This document shows positions 1 to 9,001 of a DNA stretch of 29,256 nucleotides, piece after piece. The first letter of the stretch is position 1; each line of letters opens with the position of its first letter. Origin of the DNA: Akkermansiaceae bacterium (GTDB lineage Bacteria; Verrucomicrobiota; Verrucomicrobiia; Verrucomicrobiales; Akkermansiaceae); NCBI GenBank assembly GCA_051251915.1, contig JBPOGF010000032.1:1-29256 (forward strand), written 5' to 3'. Made by a program: the position numbers and the translations under genes. The notes beneath the pieces are model-generated. The model searched no databases and had not been told where the DNA came from. It saw only the letters and a list, made by a program, of their open reading frames with translations.

Positions 1-289
1 GGAGACTCCACATCGCAGTAAATACAGAGCAAACAAACCTTAACTTAGCGCCATTCGGGGCAGTCCGTGATTTGTGATTATTGCGCTATTTATAATTTTT
101 TCATCCATAGTTTTCCCTCTTTGGTTTCTCTTGACTATTTCTTTGCTCGGCTCAGCAAACTACGATGTCCCATGTGGAGTTGTGATACGATGAAACCTTG
201 AGTTGAAGGGGTTTACGCTCTCCCTTCAGGAGAGGGGGGCGCTTTGCGCTAGGGGAAAGGAGAAAGTTTAAAGGAGAAAGGCTTGGGGA

Positions 290-368
290 TCAGGCTTTCA
301 GCCCTTTTTGACTTTGGGGTGGATGGGGGATCTAACCCATAGCTGCGCGGAGCTTACTATGGGCTGGA
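290..368. repeat. REP-like element, copy A (TCAGGCTTTCAGCCC followed by hairpin CCCATAG...CTATGGG)
   Basis: The 15-mer at 290-304 is identical to 3080-3094. Stem 336-342/357-363 corresponds to stem 3119-3125/3140-3146. Confidence 0.6.
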
Positions 369-382
369 GTATGTGTGTGGGG

Positions 383-417
383 GAATTTTGAATTTTGAAA
401 TGTGAATTTTGAATGGT
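383..417. repeat. Degenerate heptamer tandem repeat (GAATTTT)n
   Basis: Units read gaatttt gaatttt gaaatgt gaatttt gaatggt. The same unit occurs at 2066-2103 and 4028-4060. Confidence 0.8.
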
Positions 418-509
418 GCTGGTTGGGGCTTTGGTTGGGGGGTGGCTGATTGATGATGCCTTGCTTGTTGTTCTTAGCTTCTCGGAGTTTGGAAAACTCC
501 GGCACGCTT

Positions 510-2807
510 TTAGAAGAAGGATAGGGCGTCCATGTCGAAGATGATGTTTACGTCTTGGGGGGGTGGGGTTTGTTTTAGGATGTCTTGGATGTATTTTGAG
601 AGGGCTCGGGCGGAGGTTGATTTTAGCATGAGCTGGTATCTGAACTGGCCGTGGGCTTTTGTTAGGGGGGATGGTAGGGGTTCTCCTAGTTCGATGTGGG
701 GGGGGAGGTTTTTTTTGAGTCGTTTGTGGAGGTTTTCTAGGGTGAATTCTGCGCGGCGCTCGTGGGTGGAGCGGGTGCCTAGGAGGGCTACGTGGGCGAA
801 GGGTGGGAAGTCGAACTGGCGGCGGAACTGGAGTTCTTGTTCGGCGTAGCCGTCGAAGTCGTGGTGGCGGGCGAACTGGATGGATGGGGAGTGGGGGGTG
901 AAGGTCTGGATGACGACTTCTCCTTCTAGTTCTCCACGGCCGGCGCGGCCTGCTACCTGGGTGATGAGTTGGAAGGTGCGCTCTCCGGCGCGGAAGTCTG
1001 GGACGTGGAGGCCTAGGTCTGCGTTGAGGATGCCCACGAGGGTGACGTTGGGAAAGTGGAGGCCTTTGGCGATCATTTGGGTGCCGATGATGATGTCGAT
1101 TTTGTTGGCTTTGAATTTGGCTAGGGTGTCGCGGAGGGCGTTTTTGCGGCGCATGGTGTCGGCATCGATGCGGGCGATACGGGCGGTGGGGAAGACTTTT
1201 TGGATGATGTTTTCTACTTTTTCTGTGCCGAAGCCTTGGAGGCGGATGGCTTTGTCTCCGCATTCTGGGCATTTACGTGGGGTGATGGTTTGGTAGCCGC
1301 ACATGTGGCAGACGAGGCGTTCTTCTGCTTTGTGGTAGGTGAGTGGGATGGCGCAGTGTTTGCATTCGCAGACGTGTCCGCAGGGGGGGCACTGGAGGGA
1401 GCGTGCGAAGCCTCGGCGGTTGAGGAAGAGGATGACTTGTTCGCCGTTTTTGAGTTTGGTTTCCATGGAGACGCGGAGTTTGTCTGAGAGGATGGGGTCG
1501 CGTCCTTTTTGTTTTTGGGCCTCGAGTTTCATGTCGAGGACGCGGATGATGGGCATGGATTGGTGGTCTGCGCGGAGGTTGAGGCGGACGAGTTGGTATT
1601 TGCCGGTTTGGGTGTTGTGGAAGGATTCTAGTGATGGGGTGGCGGAGCCGAGGACGATGGTGGCGTTTTCTAGGTGGGCGCGGAGGACGGCGATGTCGCG
1701 TCCGTGGTAGCGGGGGGAGGTTTCTTGTTTGTAGGTGTTTTCGTGTTCTTCGTCTACGATGATGATGCCGAGGTTTTTGAGCGGGGCAAAGACGGCGGAG
1801 CGTGCGCCGATGACGATGCGGGCTTTGCCTTTGCGGATGCGGTGCCATTCATCGAAGCGTTCTCCTTGTGAGAGGTGTGAGTGGAGGACGGCGACTTGGT
1901 CTTGGATGGAGGCGAAGCGGGATTTGAAGCGCTGGACGGTTTGTGGGGTGAGGGAGATTTCTGGGATGAGGATGAGTGCGGTTTTGCCTTGGTCTAGGTG
2001 GGTCTGGACGGCTTGGAGGTAGACTTCTGTTTTGCCGGAGCCGGTGACGCCGTGGAGTAGGATTGGAATTTTGAATTTTGAATTTTGAATTTTGAATTTT
2101 GAAGATTCTTGGGTTGTGGTGGCTTGTGCTTTGGTGGCTTGGGTTTTGGGTTCCTTGTGCTTCGCTGGTTGTTTTAGGATTTCTTGGAGGGCTATTTTTT
2201 GTTCGGGGTTTAGGGTTAGGGGTTTTGATTCTAGGAATTCTTGGTCGGCGTCTGGGTCGCGACGGACGGACTCGTGTTTGATGGTGATGTGGCCTTTTTT
2301 TTCTAGGGATTTGATGGATGCGGTGACGGAGCCGCCGCCGAGGTCTTTGACGGAGATTTGGCCGGAGTTGGCTTTGAGGAGGGTGAGGATGACGTGTTGT
2401 TTGGGGGCGCGTTTGGCGAGTTTTTCTAGGGTTTCTGGGTCTGGGAAGTTTTCTAGGATGACGATTTTCTGGGTTTTTTCTGAGTGTGCGTCTTGGCGGA
2501 CGGATTCTGGGAGGAGTGCGCGCATGACTTGTTCCATGGGGGCGCCGTAGTATTGAGCGAGCCATTTGCCGAGTTTCATGAGTCCGGGGGTGATGAGTGG
2601 CTCTGGGTCGATGAGGGAGTGGAGGGGGCGGAGGGCGAAGTTGGTCTGGGGGAGCTCTAGTATGTCTAGGATGGTGCCGGTGGAGTTTCTGTTTCTTAGG
2701 GGGATGCGGACGCGGCATCCGACGACGGCGGAGCTTAAGGTCTCTGGTATGGCGTAGTCGAAGACTAGTTCAGAGGGGCCGTCGATGAGGACTTTGGCGG
2801 TTAGCAT
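510..2807 (-). CDS. priA: Primosomal protein N' (replication restart helicase PriA)
   Basis: Walker A LHGVTGSGKTEVY, DEEH motif II, SATPS, and two Zn-binding sets of CxxC pairs (CPPC..CKHC..CHMC..CPEC). Also GTQMIAKG and QVAGRAGR. Confidence 0.97.
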   Translation of the reverse strand: MLTAKVLIDGPSELVFDYAIPETLSSAVVGCRVRIPLRNRNSTGTILDILELPQTNFALRPLHSLIDPEPLITPGLMKLGKWLAQYYGAPMEQVMRALLPESVRQDAHSEKTQKIVILENFPDPETLEKLAKRAPKQHVILTLLKANSGQISVKDLGGGSVTASIKSLEKKGHITIKHESVRRDPDADQEFLESKPLTLNPEQKIALQEILKQPAKHKEPKTQATKAQATTTQESSKFKIQNSKFKIPILLHGVTGSGKTEVYLQAVQTHLDQGKTALILIPEISLTPQTVQRFKSRFASIQDQVAVLHSHLSQGERFDEWHRIRKGKARIVIGARSAVFAPLKNLGIIIVDEEHENTYKQETSPRYHGRDIAVLRAHLENATIVLGSATPSLESFHNTQTGKYQLVRLNLRADHQSMPIIRVLDMKLEAQKQKGRDPILSDKLRVSMETKLKNGEQVILFLNRRGFARSLQCPPCGHVCECKHCAIPLTYHKAEERLVCHMCGYQTITPRKCPECGDKAIRLQGFGTEKVENIIQKVFPTARIARIDADTMRRKNALRDTLAKFKANKIDIIIGTQMIAKGLHFPNVTLVGILNADLGLHVPDFRAGERTFQLITQVAGRAGRGELEGEVVIQTFTPHSPSIQFARHHDFDGYAEQELQFRRQFDFPPFAHVALLGTRSTHERRAEFTLENLHKRLKKNLPPHIELGEPLPSPLTKAHGQFRYQLMLKSTSARALSKYIQDILKQTPPPQDVNIIFDMDALSFF
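2066..2103. repeat. Five perfect GAATTTT units inside priA, encoding (S)SKFKIQNSKFKI
   Basis: Perfect tandem array at 2066-2100 followed by GAA. Confidence 0.9.
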
Positions 2808-2824
2808 TTTTTTAATTTTGAATT

Positions 2825-3225
2825 ATGGAGGCTTGGGTTGATGGTGGTGGACGATGAAACTTTTTTGACCACGGAAGGCTCTGAATAGACGGAACTTGGT
2901 TGATGGGTAGGGAACTTGGATTGTGGGCTTGGGTTGATGGAACTTTTTACCACGAATCTGCACGAATTTTCACGAATGGTGGACGATGGTGGCTTGGGTT
3001 TTGACCTGCGGTGCTTGACCACGGAAGGCACTGAAAGCACGGAACTTGGTTGATGAGTATTGAATTGATTATGCATAGGTCAGGCTTTCAGCCCTCTTAT
3101 TTCTTTTTTGGGCTTAGACCCACGGCTGCGCTTTGCTGACCGTGGGCTGGATTATATTTCACCTTTTCAGGGCTGGGTTGATGGGTATGGAACTTGGGTT
3201 GTTGGTGGCTTGGGTTGTTGCTGTT
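2825..3225. repeat. Repeat-rich priA-yaaA intergenic region (about 50-bp direct repeat, CACGAAT repeats, CTTGGGTTGATGG units, REP-like copy B at 3080-3174)
   Basis: TTGACCACGGAAGGC..TGAA...ACGGAACTTGGTTGATG occurs at about 2865 and about 3015. CACGAAT occurs three times in 2951-2977. There are several CTTGGGTT(G) units. Confidence 0.8.
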
Positions 3226-3245
3226 TCCTTTTTGCTTTAAACTTT

Positions 3246-4025
3246 CTACTTCTTTATTTCCTTTCTTAGGAAGACTAGTTGGGTGTCGGTGCTTTCTGAT
3301 TTGGAGAATTTGTAGCCGGCGGTTTTGAATGTTTTGAGGCCTTCTATGGTGGTGATTTTGTTGCGGATGATGTGGTCAGCCATCATGCCTCGGGCTTTTT
3401 TGGCGTAGAAGGAGATGATTTTGTAGGTGCCGTTCTTTTGGTCTTTGAAGACGGGGGTGATGAGTTCTCCTGTGAGGTCGTTCTTTTTGACGGATTTGAA
3501 GTATTCGTTGGAGGCTAGGTTGATGATGAGGTTGGAGCCGGATTTTTTGAGGTCGGTGTTGAGGAGGTCGGTGATTTTGGTCCCCCAGAATTCGTAGAGG
3601 TTTTTGCCACTGGTGTTGGTGAGTTTGGTGCCCATTTCTAGGCGGTAGGGCTGCATGAGGTCTAGGGGACGGAGGATGCCGTAGAGGCCGGAGAGGATAC
3701 GGATTTGTTTTTGGGCGAGGGTGTAGTCTGGGGATTTCCAGTCGCTGAGTTCTAGGCCTTGGTAGACGTCTCCGGTGAATGCGAAGAGGGCTTGGCGGGA
3801 GTTTTCTGGGGTGAAGTCTGGTTCCCAGGTGGTGTAGCGCTCGTGGTTGAGTTCGGAGAGTTTTTCGCTGATGGACATGAGGTTGCCTAGCTCTTGTGGG
3901 GACATTTTGCGGAGTTGTTTGACGAGGGTTTCTGAGTCGTCTAGCATGCGTGGCTCTGTGTGGCGAGTGGTGGGGAGGGGGGAGGTGTAGTCTAGAGATT
4001 TGGCTGGGGATAGTAGGATAAGCAT
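3246..4025 (-). CDS. yaaA: Peroxide stress resistance protein YaaA (UPF0246)
   Basis: MLILLSPAKSLDY N-terminus, FTGDVYQGL, LSGLYGILRPLD, PYRLEMGT, NLASNEY and ISFYAKKARG. Start moved to the ATG at 4025 because the upstream extension in the ORF track is translated repeat DNA. Confidence 0.95.
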   Translation of the reverse strand: MLILLSPAKSLDYTSPLPTTRHTEPRMLDDSETLVKQLRKMSPQELGNLMSISEKLSELNHERYTTWEPDFTPENSRQALFAFTGDVYQGLELSDWKSPDYTLAQKQIRILSGLYGILRPLDLMQPYRLEMGTKLTNTSGKNLYEFWGTKITDLLNTDLKKSGSNLIINLASNEYFKSVKKNDLTGELITPVFKDQKNGTYKIISFYAKKARGMMADHIIRNKITTIEGLKTFKTAGYKFSKSESTDTQLVFLRKEIKK

Positions 4026-4027
4026 TT

Positions 4028-4120
4028 GAATTTTGAATGGTGAAATGTGAATGTTGAAATCTTGGGTTGATGGTGGCTTGGTTGTTGGTGACCTAGTTGA
4101 TGGTGGCTTGGGTGGGGGGA
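4028..4120. repeat. Degenerate GAATTTT heptamers plus GTTGATGGTGGCTTGG units between yaaA and glnS
   Basis: gaatttt gaatggt gaaatgt gaatgtt gaaatct, followed by two copies of gttgatggtggcttgg. Confidence 0.7.
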
Positions 4121-4194
4121 ATTGCAAGTGAATTTGGGTTGCATGTGGGGAGGTTTTGGCGCATGTATCTGGCAGTTAAATCAACGAGAATTTT

Positions 4195-5874
4195 ATGAGT
4201 AAGGAAGCGAACACTAAGGAGAGTAAGGATTTTATTAGAACGATCATTGCTGAGGATTTAGCGAATGGTAAGCATGAGACTACGGTGACGAGGTTTCCGC
4301 CTGAACCGAATGGGTTTTTGCATATTGGTCATGCGAAGGCGTTGTGTTTGAATTTTGGGTTAGCTGAGGAGAATGCGGGAACTGGTGCGAAGTGTCATTT
4401 GAGGTTTGATGATACGAATCCGGTGAAGGAGGATACGAAGTATGTGGAGAGCATTCAGAGGGATGTGAAGTGGTTGGGATTTGACTGGGGTGATGATTTG
4501 TATTTTGCGAGTGATTATTTTGAGTATTTCTATGAGTGCGCTGTTAGTTTGATCGAGAAGGGGTTGGCCTATGTGGATGAGCTGAGTCCTGAGGCGATGC
4601 GTGAGGGTAGGGGTAAGGTGGGGATGCCTGGGGTGGATAGTCCGTATAGAGATAGGGGGGTGAAGGAGAATTTGGCGTTGTTTAAGAAGATGCGTGATGG
4701 GGAGATCGGTGAGGGTAAGGCGGTGTTGAGGGCTAAGATAGATATGGCTTCACCGAATATGAATATGCGTGATCCTGCTATTTATAGGGTGCTGCATGTG
4801 GAGCATCATAATACTGGGGATGCGTGGAAGATTTATCCTATGTATGATTTTGCGCATCCCTTGGAGGATGCGAAGGAGAAGGTGACGCATTCGTTGTGTT
4901 CGCTTGAGTTTGAGGATCATAGGCCGCTTTATAATTGGGTGGTGGAGAATTGTCCGGTGCCTGCGGTGCCTAGGCAGATTGAGTTTTCTAGGTTGAATTT
5001 GTCTTATACGGTGATGAGTAAGCGTAAGTTGCTTCAGTTGGTGGAGGATGGTGTGGTGAGTGGCTGGGATGATCCTAGGATGCCTACGTTGTCTGGGATG
5101 AGGAGGAGGGGTTATACTGCTGCTGGGGTGAGGTCATTTATTGCTCGTGGTGGTGTGACTAAGGTGAATTCGGTGACGGATTTTGCTATTTTGGAGGCTG
5201 AGGTTAGGAATGATTTGAATAAGATTGCTGACCGTAGGATGGCGGTGATGGAGCCTCTTCAGGTGGTGATCGATAACTGGGATGAAGCTCGGGAGGAGAT
5301 GATGGTTTGTAATAATAATCCGGAGGATGCTGATGCGGGGACGCGTGAGGTGCCTTTGACTAAGGAGCTTTATATAGAGCAGGATGACTTTATGGAGGAG
5401 CCTTTTAAGAAGTATTTCCGACTGGGACCTGAGCGGGCTGTTAGGTTACGTGGGGGTTACATTATCCAGTATGTGAGTCATGAGAAGGATGCTGATGGGA
5501 ATGTGACTGCGGTGCATGTGGATTACATTCCTGATACTGTGGGGCAGAATGCTCCTGAGGGGGTGAAGTGTAAGGCGGCTATCCACTGGGTGAGTGCTAA
5601 GTATGCGGTGGATGCTGAGGTGAGGGTTTATGATCGGTTATTTAAGGTGGAGAATCCGGATGCGGCTGAGGGAGGCTTTATGAGTTGTCTGAATGAGGAT
5701 TCGTTTAGTTTGGTGGAAGGTGCGAAGTTGGAGCCGATTTTAGCTGATGTGGCTGCTGGTTATGTTTGTCAGTTTGAGCGTGTGGGGTATTTCTGCACGG
5801 ATTCTGAGGATCATGGTGTGGACGGGAAGGTGGTGTTTAATAAGACTGCTGGGCTTAGGGATAACTGGAAGTAG
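4195..5874 (+). CDS. glnS: Glutamine--tRNA ligase
   Basis: TRFPPEPNGFLHIGH, LRFDDTNP, IYPMYDFAH, VMSKRKL, GWDDPRMPTL and QFERVGYF. Confidence 0.97.
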   Translation: MSKEANTKESKDFIRTIIAEDLANGKHETTVTRFPPEPNGFLHIGHAKALCLNFGLAEENAGTGAKCHLRFDDTNPVKEDTKYVESIQRDVKWLGFDWGDDLYFASDYFEYFYECAVSLIEKGLAYVDELSPEAMREGRGKVGMPGVDSPYRDRGVKENLALFKKMRDGEIGEGKAVLRAKIDMASPNMNMRDPAIYRVLHVEHHNTGDAWKIYPMYDFAHPLEDAKEKVTHSLCSLEFEDHRPLYNWVVENCPVPAVPRQIEFSRLNLSYTVMSKRKLLQLVEDGVVSGWDDPRMPTLSGMRRRGYTAAGVRSFIARGGVTKVNSVTDFAILEAEVRNDLNKIADRRMAVMEPLQVVIDNWDEAREEMMVCNNNPEDADAGTREVPLTKELYIEQDDFMEEPFKKYFRLGPERAVRLRGGYIIQYVSHEKDADGNVTAVHVDYIPDTVGQNAPEGVKCKAAIHWVSAKYAVDAEVRVYDRLFKVENPDAAEGGFMSCLNEDSFSLVEGAKLEPILADVAAGYVCQFERVGYFCTDSEDHGVDGKVVFNKTAGLRDNWK

Positions 5875-5992
5875 AGACTGGGGGTGTTCTGAGGTTTGGG
5901 GGCCTTTGGCTCGTCAGAGACCATGCTGTGATTAGTCATTGGTCCAGCATGGTGGTGGATTGGGGTGTGTGCTTGGGGTGATGGGGAGGCAT

Positions 5993-6028
5993 AAAAAACC
6001 TCTAACAATGCGTGGATTGTTAGAGGTT
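5993..6028 (-). terminator. Intrinsic terminator between the convergent glnS and fabV/small lipoprotein genes
   Basis: 13-bp stem AACCTCTAACAAT/ATTGTTAGAGGTT. The A-run at 5993-5998 gives a U-tract on the minus strand. Confidence 0.8.
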
Positions 6029-6059
6029 GGCGTTTGTTTTTGTAGTTATTGATTCAGGT

Positions 6060-6203
6060 TTATCGCACGGTGTTGATGAGGGGGCTGGCTACTCCTGAGA
6101 CGATTTTCCCTGGGACGCTTAGGATGTTTTGGACAAGTGGTGCGCCACATGAGGTGAGGAGGCTAGTGATAGTGGCGACTATGATGAAGCGTGTGATTTT
6201 CAT
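6060..6203 (-). CDS. Small predicted lipoprotein, 47 aa (MKITRFIIVATITSLLTSCGAPLVQNILSVPGKIVSGVASPLINTVR)
   Basis: Translated by hand and absent from the ORF track. It has a basic N-terminus, a hydrophobic h-region and a lipobox LTS-C19-G. It starts 10 nt after the fabV stop, ends before the terminator, and uses C/A-ending codons like neighbouring minus-strand genes. Confidence 0.75.
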   Translation of the reverse strand: MKITRFIIVATITSLLTSCGAPLVQNILSVPGKIVSGVASPLINTVR

Positions 6204-6213
6204 GTTTTCTGAG

Positions 6214-7410
6214 TTATTCTGATATTGATGCGGGGGCTGTGGCTGGGTTTGTGTCTGCGTCGTAGTTGACGCCGTCGATGCCGAAGCCGAATAGCTTGAG
6301 GAATTCTTGTTGGTAGCCGTCGAAGTCTGCTAGGTCAGCGAGGTTTTCGTTGGTGATGGTTTCCCATGATTTGGCGACTGCTGCCTGGATGTCTTCGCGC
6401 ATTTCCCAGTCGTCAATGCGGATGCGGTCGTTTTCGTCTAGTTGGAGATCGCTACCGTAGAGGCGGTCTTGGAAGAGGCGCTGGATTTGCTCGATGCATC
6501 CTTCGTGGAGTCCTTTTGCTTTCATTTCCTTGTAGAGGATGGAGATGTAGAGTGGGACTACTGGGATGGCTGATGAGGCTTGTGTTACTAGGGCTTTGTT
6601 TACTGAGACGTATGCTGAGCCGTTGTATTTTTCTCCGAGTTTTGCGTGTAGGCGCTCGCGTGTGGTTTCTAGGTCTTTTTTGGCTAGGCCGATGGTTCCG
6701 TCTGTGTAGATGGGCCATGTGAGTTCTGGTCCGATGTAGGAGTAGGAGACGGTTTTGACTCCGTCTGCGAGGACGCCTGCTTCGTCTAGTGCTGTCATCC
6801 AGAGTTCCCAGTCTTCACCGCCCATGACTTTGATGGTGTTGTCGATTTCGTCTTGGGTGGCTGGTCCGATGGTGACTTCTTCGATGAGGCCTTTGTCGGT
6901 GTTGAGGTTTTTGTTGGTGTAGTCTCCGCCGGTGGTTTTGAGTACTGAGCGGTGGTCTTCTCCGGTGTCTGGGTTGATACGGCGTGGTGAGGCGAGTGAG
7001 TAGACGACGAGGTCTATGGGTCCCATTTCGCTTTTGATGAGGTCGATGGCTTTTGCTTTCATGTCGTGGGAGAATGCGTCTCCGTTGAGTGATTTGGCGA
7101 AGAGGCCTTCTGCGGTGGCTGCTTTTTCGAATGCGGCGGTGTTGTACCAGCCTGCGGTTCCTGTGCGTTTTTCTGAGCCTGGTTTTTCGAAGAATAAGCC
7201 GAGGGTGTTAGCGCCTGATGAGAATGCTGGGACGATGCGAGATGCGAGTCCGTAGCCGGTGGATGATCCGATGACGAGGACGTTTTTGGGGCCGTCTGCG
7301 ACTGGGCCTTTTGATTTTACGTAGTCGATTTGTTCTTGCACGTTAGCTGCGCAGCCGTCTGGGTGTGAGGTGATGCAGATGAATCCTCTGATTTTTGGTT
7401 TTACGATCAT
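6214..7410 (-). CDS. fabV: Enoyl-ACP reductase FabV / trans-2-enoyl-CoA reductase
   Basis: [73 protein letters not shown] and [12 protein letters not shown]. Confidence 0.96.
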   Translation of the reverse strand: MIVKPKIRGFICITSHPDGCAANVQEQIDYVKSKGPVADGPKNVLVIGSSTGYGLASRIVPAFSSGANTLGLFFEKPGSEKRTGTAGWYNTAAFEKAATAEGLFAKSLNGDAFSHDMKAKAIDLIKSEMGPIDLVVYSLASPRRINPDTGEDHRSVLKTTGGDYTNKNLNTDKGLIEEVTIGPATQDEIDNTIKVMGGEDWELWMTALDEAGVLADGVKTVSYSYIGPELTWPIYTDGTIGLAKKDLETTRERLHAKLGEKYNGSAYVSVNKALVTQASSAIPVVPLYISILYKEMKAKGLHEGCIEQIQRLFQDRLYGSDLQLDENDRIRIDDWEMREDIQAAVAKSWETITNENLADLADFDGYQQEFLKLFGFGIDGVNYDADTNPATAPASISE

Positions 7411-7518
7411 GATTGTTTGGTATGTTGGTAGTTGTTTTTATACAGAATTGGCAGAATTTTTCAGGATTAACAGAATTTTTCTTGGGTTGTGGGGGAGATT
7501 GGAAATCTCGGGCACGTT

Positions 7519-8898
7519 TTAGAATTCGCAGGAGCCTGGGGTGCGGGCGAAGGGGATGACGTCGCGGATGTTTTTCATGCCGGTGGCGAACATGAGCATG
7601 CGCTCGAATCCGAGGCCGAAGCCGGCGTGTGGGCAGGTGCCGTATTTGCGGAGGTCTGTGTACCACCAGTAGTCTTCTTGGTTGAGGTTGTGGGCTGCCA
7701 TGTTGGCTTGGAGGACGTCTAGGCGTTCTTCACGCTGGGCTCCGCCGACGATTTCTCCGATGCCTGGGACGAGGAGGTCCATGGCGGTGACTGTTTCACG
7801 GCCTTGTGAGTCTGGGTCGTTGGCGCGCATGTAGAAGGGTTTGACGTCTTTTGGGTAATCGAAGACGGTTGTGGGGCAGTTGAAGTGTTCTTCTGTGAGG
7901 TAGCGCTCGTGTTCTGACTGGAGGTTGACGCCCCAGATGACTGGGTATTCGAAGGTTTTGCCGCTTTTGATAAGGATGTCTACGGCGTCTGTGTAGGAGA
8001 CGCGCTGGAAGGGTTTTTCTGCGACGTGTTGGAGTCTGGCGAGGAGTGATTTGTCGACGAATTTGTTGAAGATTTCTAGGTCTCCTTGGTTGTTGTTGAG
8101 GACGTCTGAGATGAGGTATTTTACGAATTCTTCTGCGAGGTCCATGTCACCTTCTAAGTCACAGAATGCCATTTCTGGTTCGATCATCCAGAATTCGTTG
8201 GCGTGGCGTGTGGTGTTGGAGTTTTCTGCGCGGAATGTGGGTCCGAAGGTGTAGATGTTAGAGAGGGCGGTGGCGAAGGCTTCTCCTTCTAGTTGGCCGG
8301 AGACGGTGAGGTAGGTGGGCTTGCCAAAGAAGTCTGATTCAGGTTTCTGGGCTGTTGCTTTTGTGGGGTCTTGGGTGGTGACGCGGAACATTTCTCCTGC
8401 TCCTTCGCAGTCTGATGCGGTGATGATGGGGGTGTGGACGTAGGTGAAGTCTCGCTCATCGAAGAAGCGGTGGACGGCTTGTGCCATACGTGAGCGCATG
8501 CGGAAGACGGCTCCGTAGAGGTTAGCCCGTGGGCGGAGGTGTGAGATGGAGCGGAGGAATTCTGGGGTGTGGCCTTTTTTCTGTAGTGGGTAGTCAGTGG
8601 GGGCTTCACCGATGAGTTCGACGGAGGTGGCGTGGATTTCCCATTTTTGTCCTTTTCCTGGTGATTCTACGAGTTTGCCGGTGATGCCGATGGCTGATCC
8701 GGTGGACATTTTGGTGATGTCTTGGTATCCGGGGATGCCGGCGTCTGCGATGCACTGGATGTTGGCGAGGGATGTGCCGTCATTTAACTCGATGAATGAG
8801 AAGTCTTTGTTGTCACGGCGAGTTCTGACCCAGCCTTTGATGGTGATGGGGTCTTGTGCTGTTTCGCTTTTGAGGGCGTTTTTGATGAGTGTTCGCAT
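7519..8898 (-). CDS. asnS: Asparagine--tRNA ligase
   Basis: OB-fold N-terminus (GWVRTRR), [48 protein letters not shown] and GFGLGFER. Confidence 0.97.
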   Translation of the reverse strand: MRTLIKNALKSETAQDPITIKGWVRTRRDNKDFSFIELNDGTSLANIQCIADAGIPGYQDITKMSTGSAIGITGKLVESPGKGQKWEIHATSVELIGEAPTDYPLQKKGHTPEFLRSISHLRPRANLYGAVFRMRSRMAQAVHRFFDERDFTYVHTPIITASDCEGAGEMFRVTTQDPTKATAQKPESDFFGKPTYLTVSGQLEGEAFATALSNIYTFGPTFRAENSNTTRHANEFWMIEPEMAFCDLEGDMDLAEEFVKYLISDVLNNNQGDLEIFNKFVDKSLLARLQHVAEKPFQRVSYTDAVDILIKSGKTFEYPVIWGVNLQSEHERYLTEEHFNCPTTVFDYPKDVKPFYMRANDPDSQGRETVTAMDLLVPGIGEIVGGAQREERLDVLQANMAAHNLNQEDYWWYTDLRKYGTCPHAGFGLGFERMLMFATGMKNIRDVIPFARTPGSCEF

Positions 8899-9001
8899 GG
8901 GGGGATTCTTAGCACGGTGAGGGGTGTGAGGGATAGGAATTTTTCATGAAAGTTGCTTGTGGGATATTGAGTGAGGGCGTAGGGTGGGTGGTAGAAAAGT
9001 G

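Noticed and set aside
1..290. Possible gene start or ncRNA at the left edge
   Set aside because: The minus-strand ATGs at 104 and 108 close within 4 and 22 codons, and I recognise no RNA family here.
298..2718. Long Pro/Arg/His-rich ORFs (298-1272, 1273-1848, 1849-2718) and antisense ORFs over priA
   Set aside because: These are shadow frames. The minus strand is T-poor because of compositional skew, so stop codons are rare.
2801..3076. 91-aa ORF upstream of priA
   Set aside because: It is a translation of intergenic repeats (SVPSVV, IRENSCRFVV) with no protein-like features.
2825..3225. Possible CRISPR array
   Set aside because: There are only two imperfect long repeats, spacing is irregular, the inner segments are themselves repetitive, and no cas genes are present.
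4026..4127. N-terminal extension of YaaA in the ORF track
   Set aside because: It is translated repeat DNA. The family N-terminus begins at MLILLSPAK (4025).
5920..5953. 9-bp inverted repeat ACCATGCTG/CAGCATGGT after glnS
   Set aside because: It is a single copy with a large loop and no U-tract, which is not enough to call a feature.
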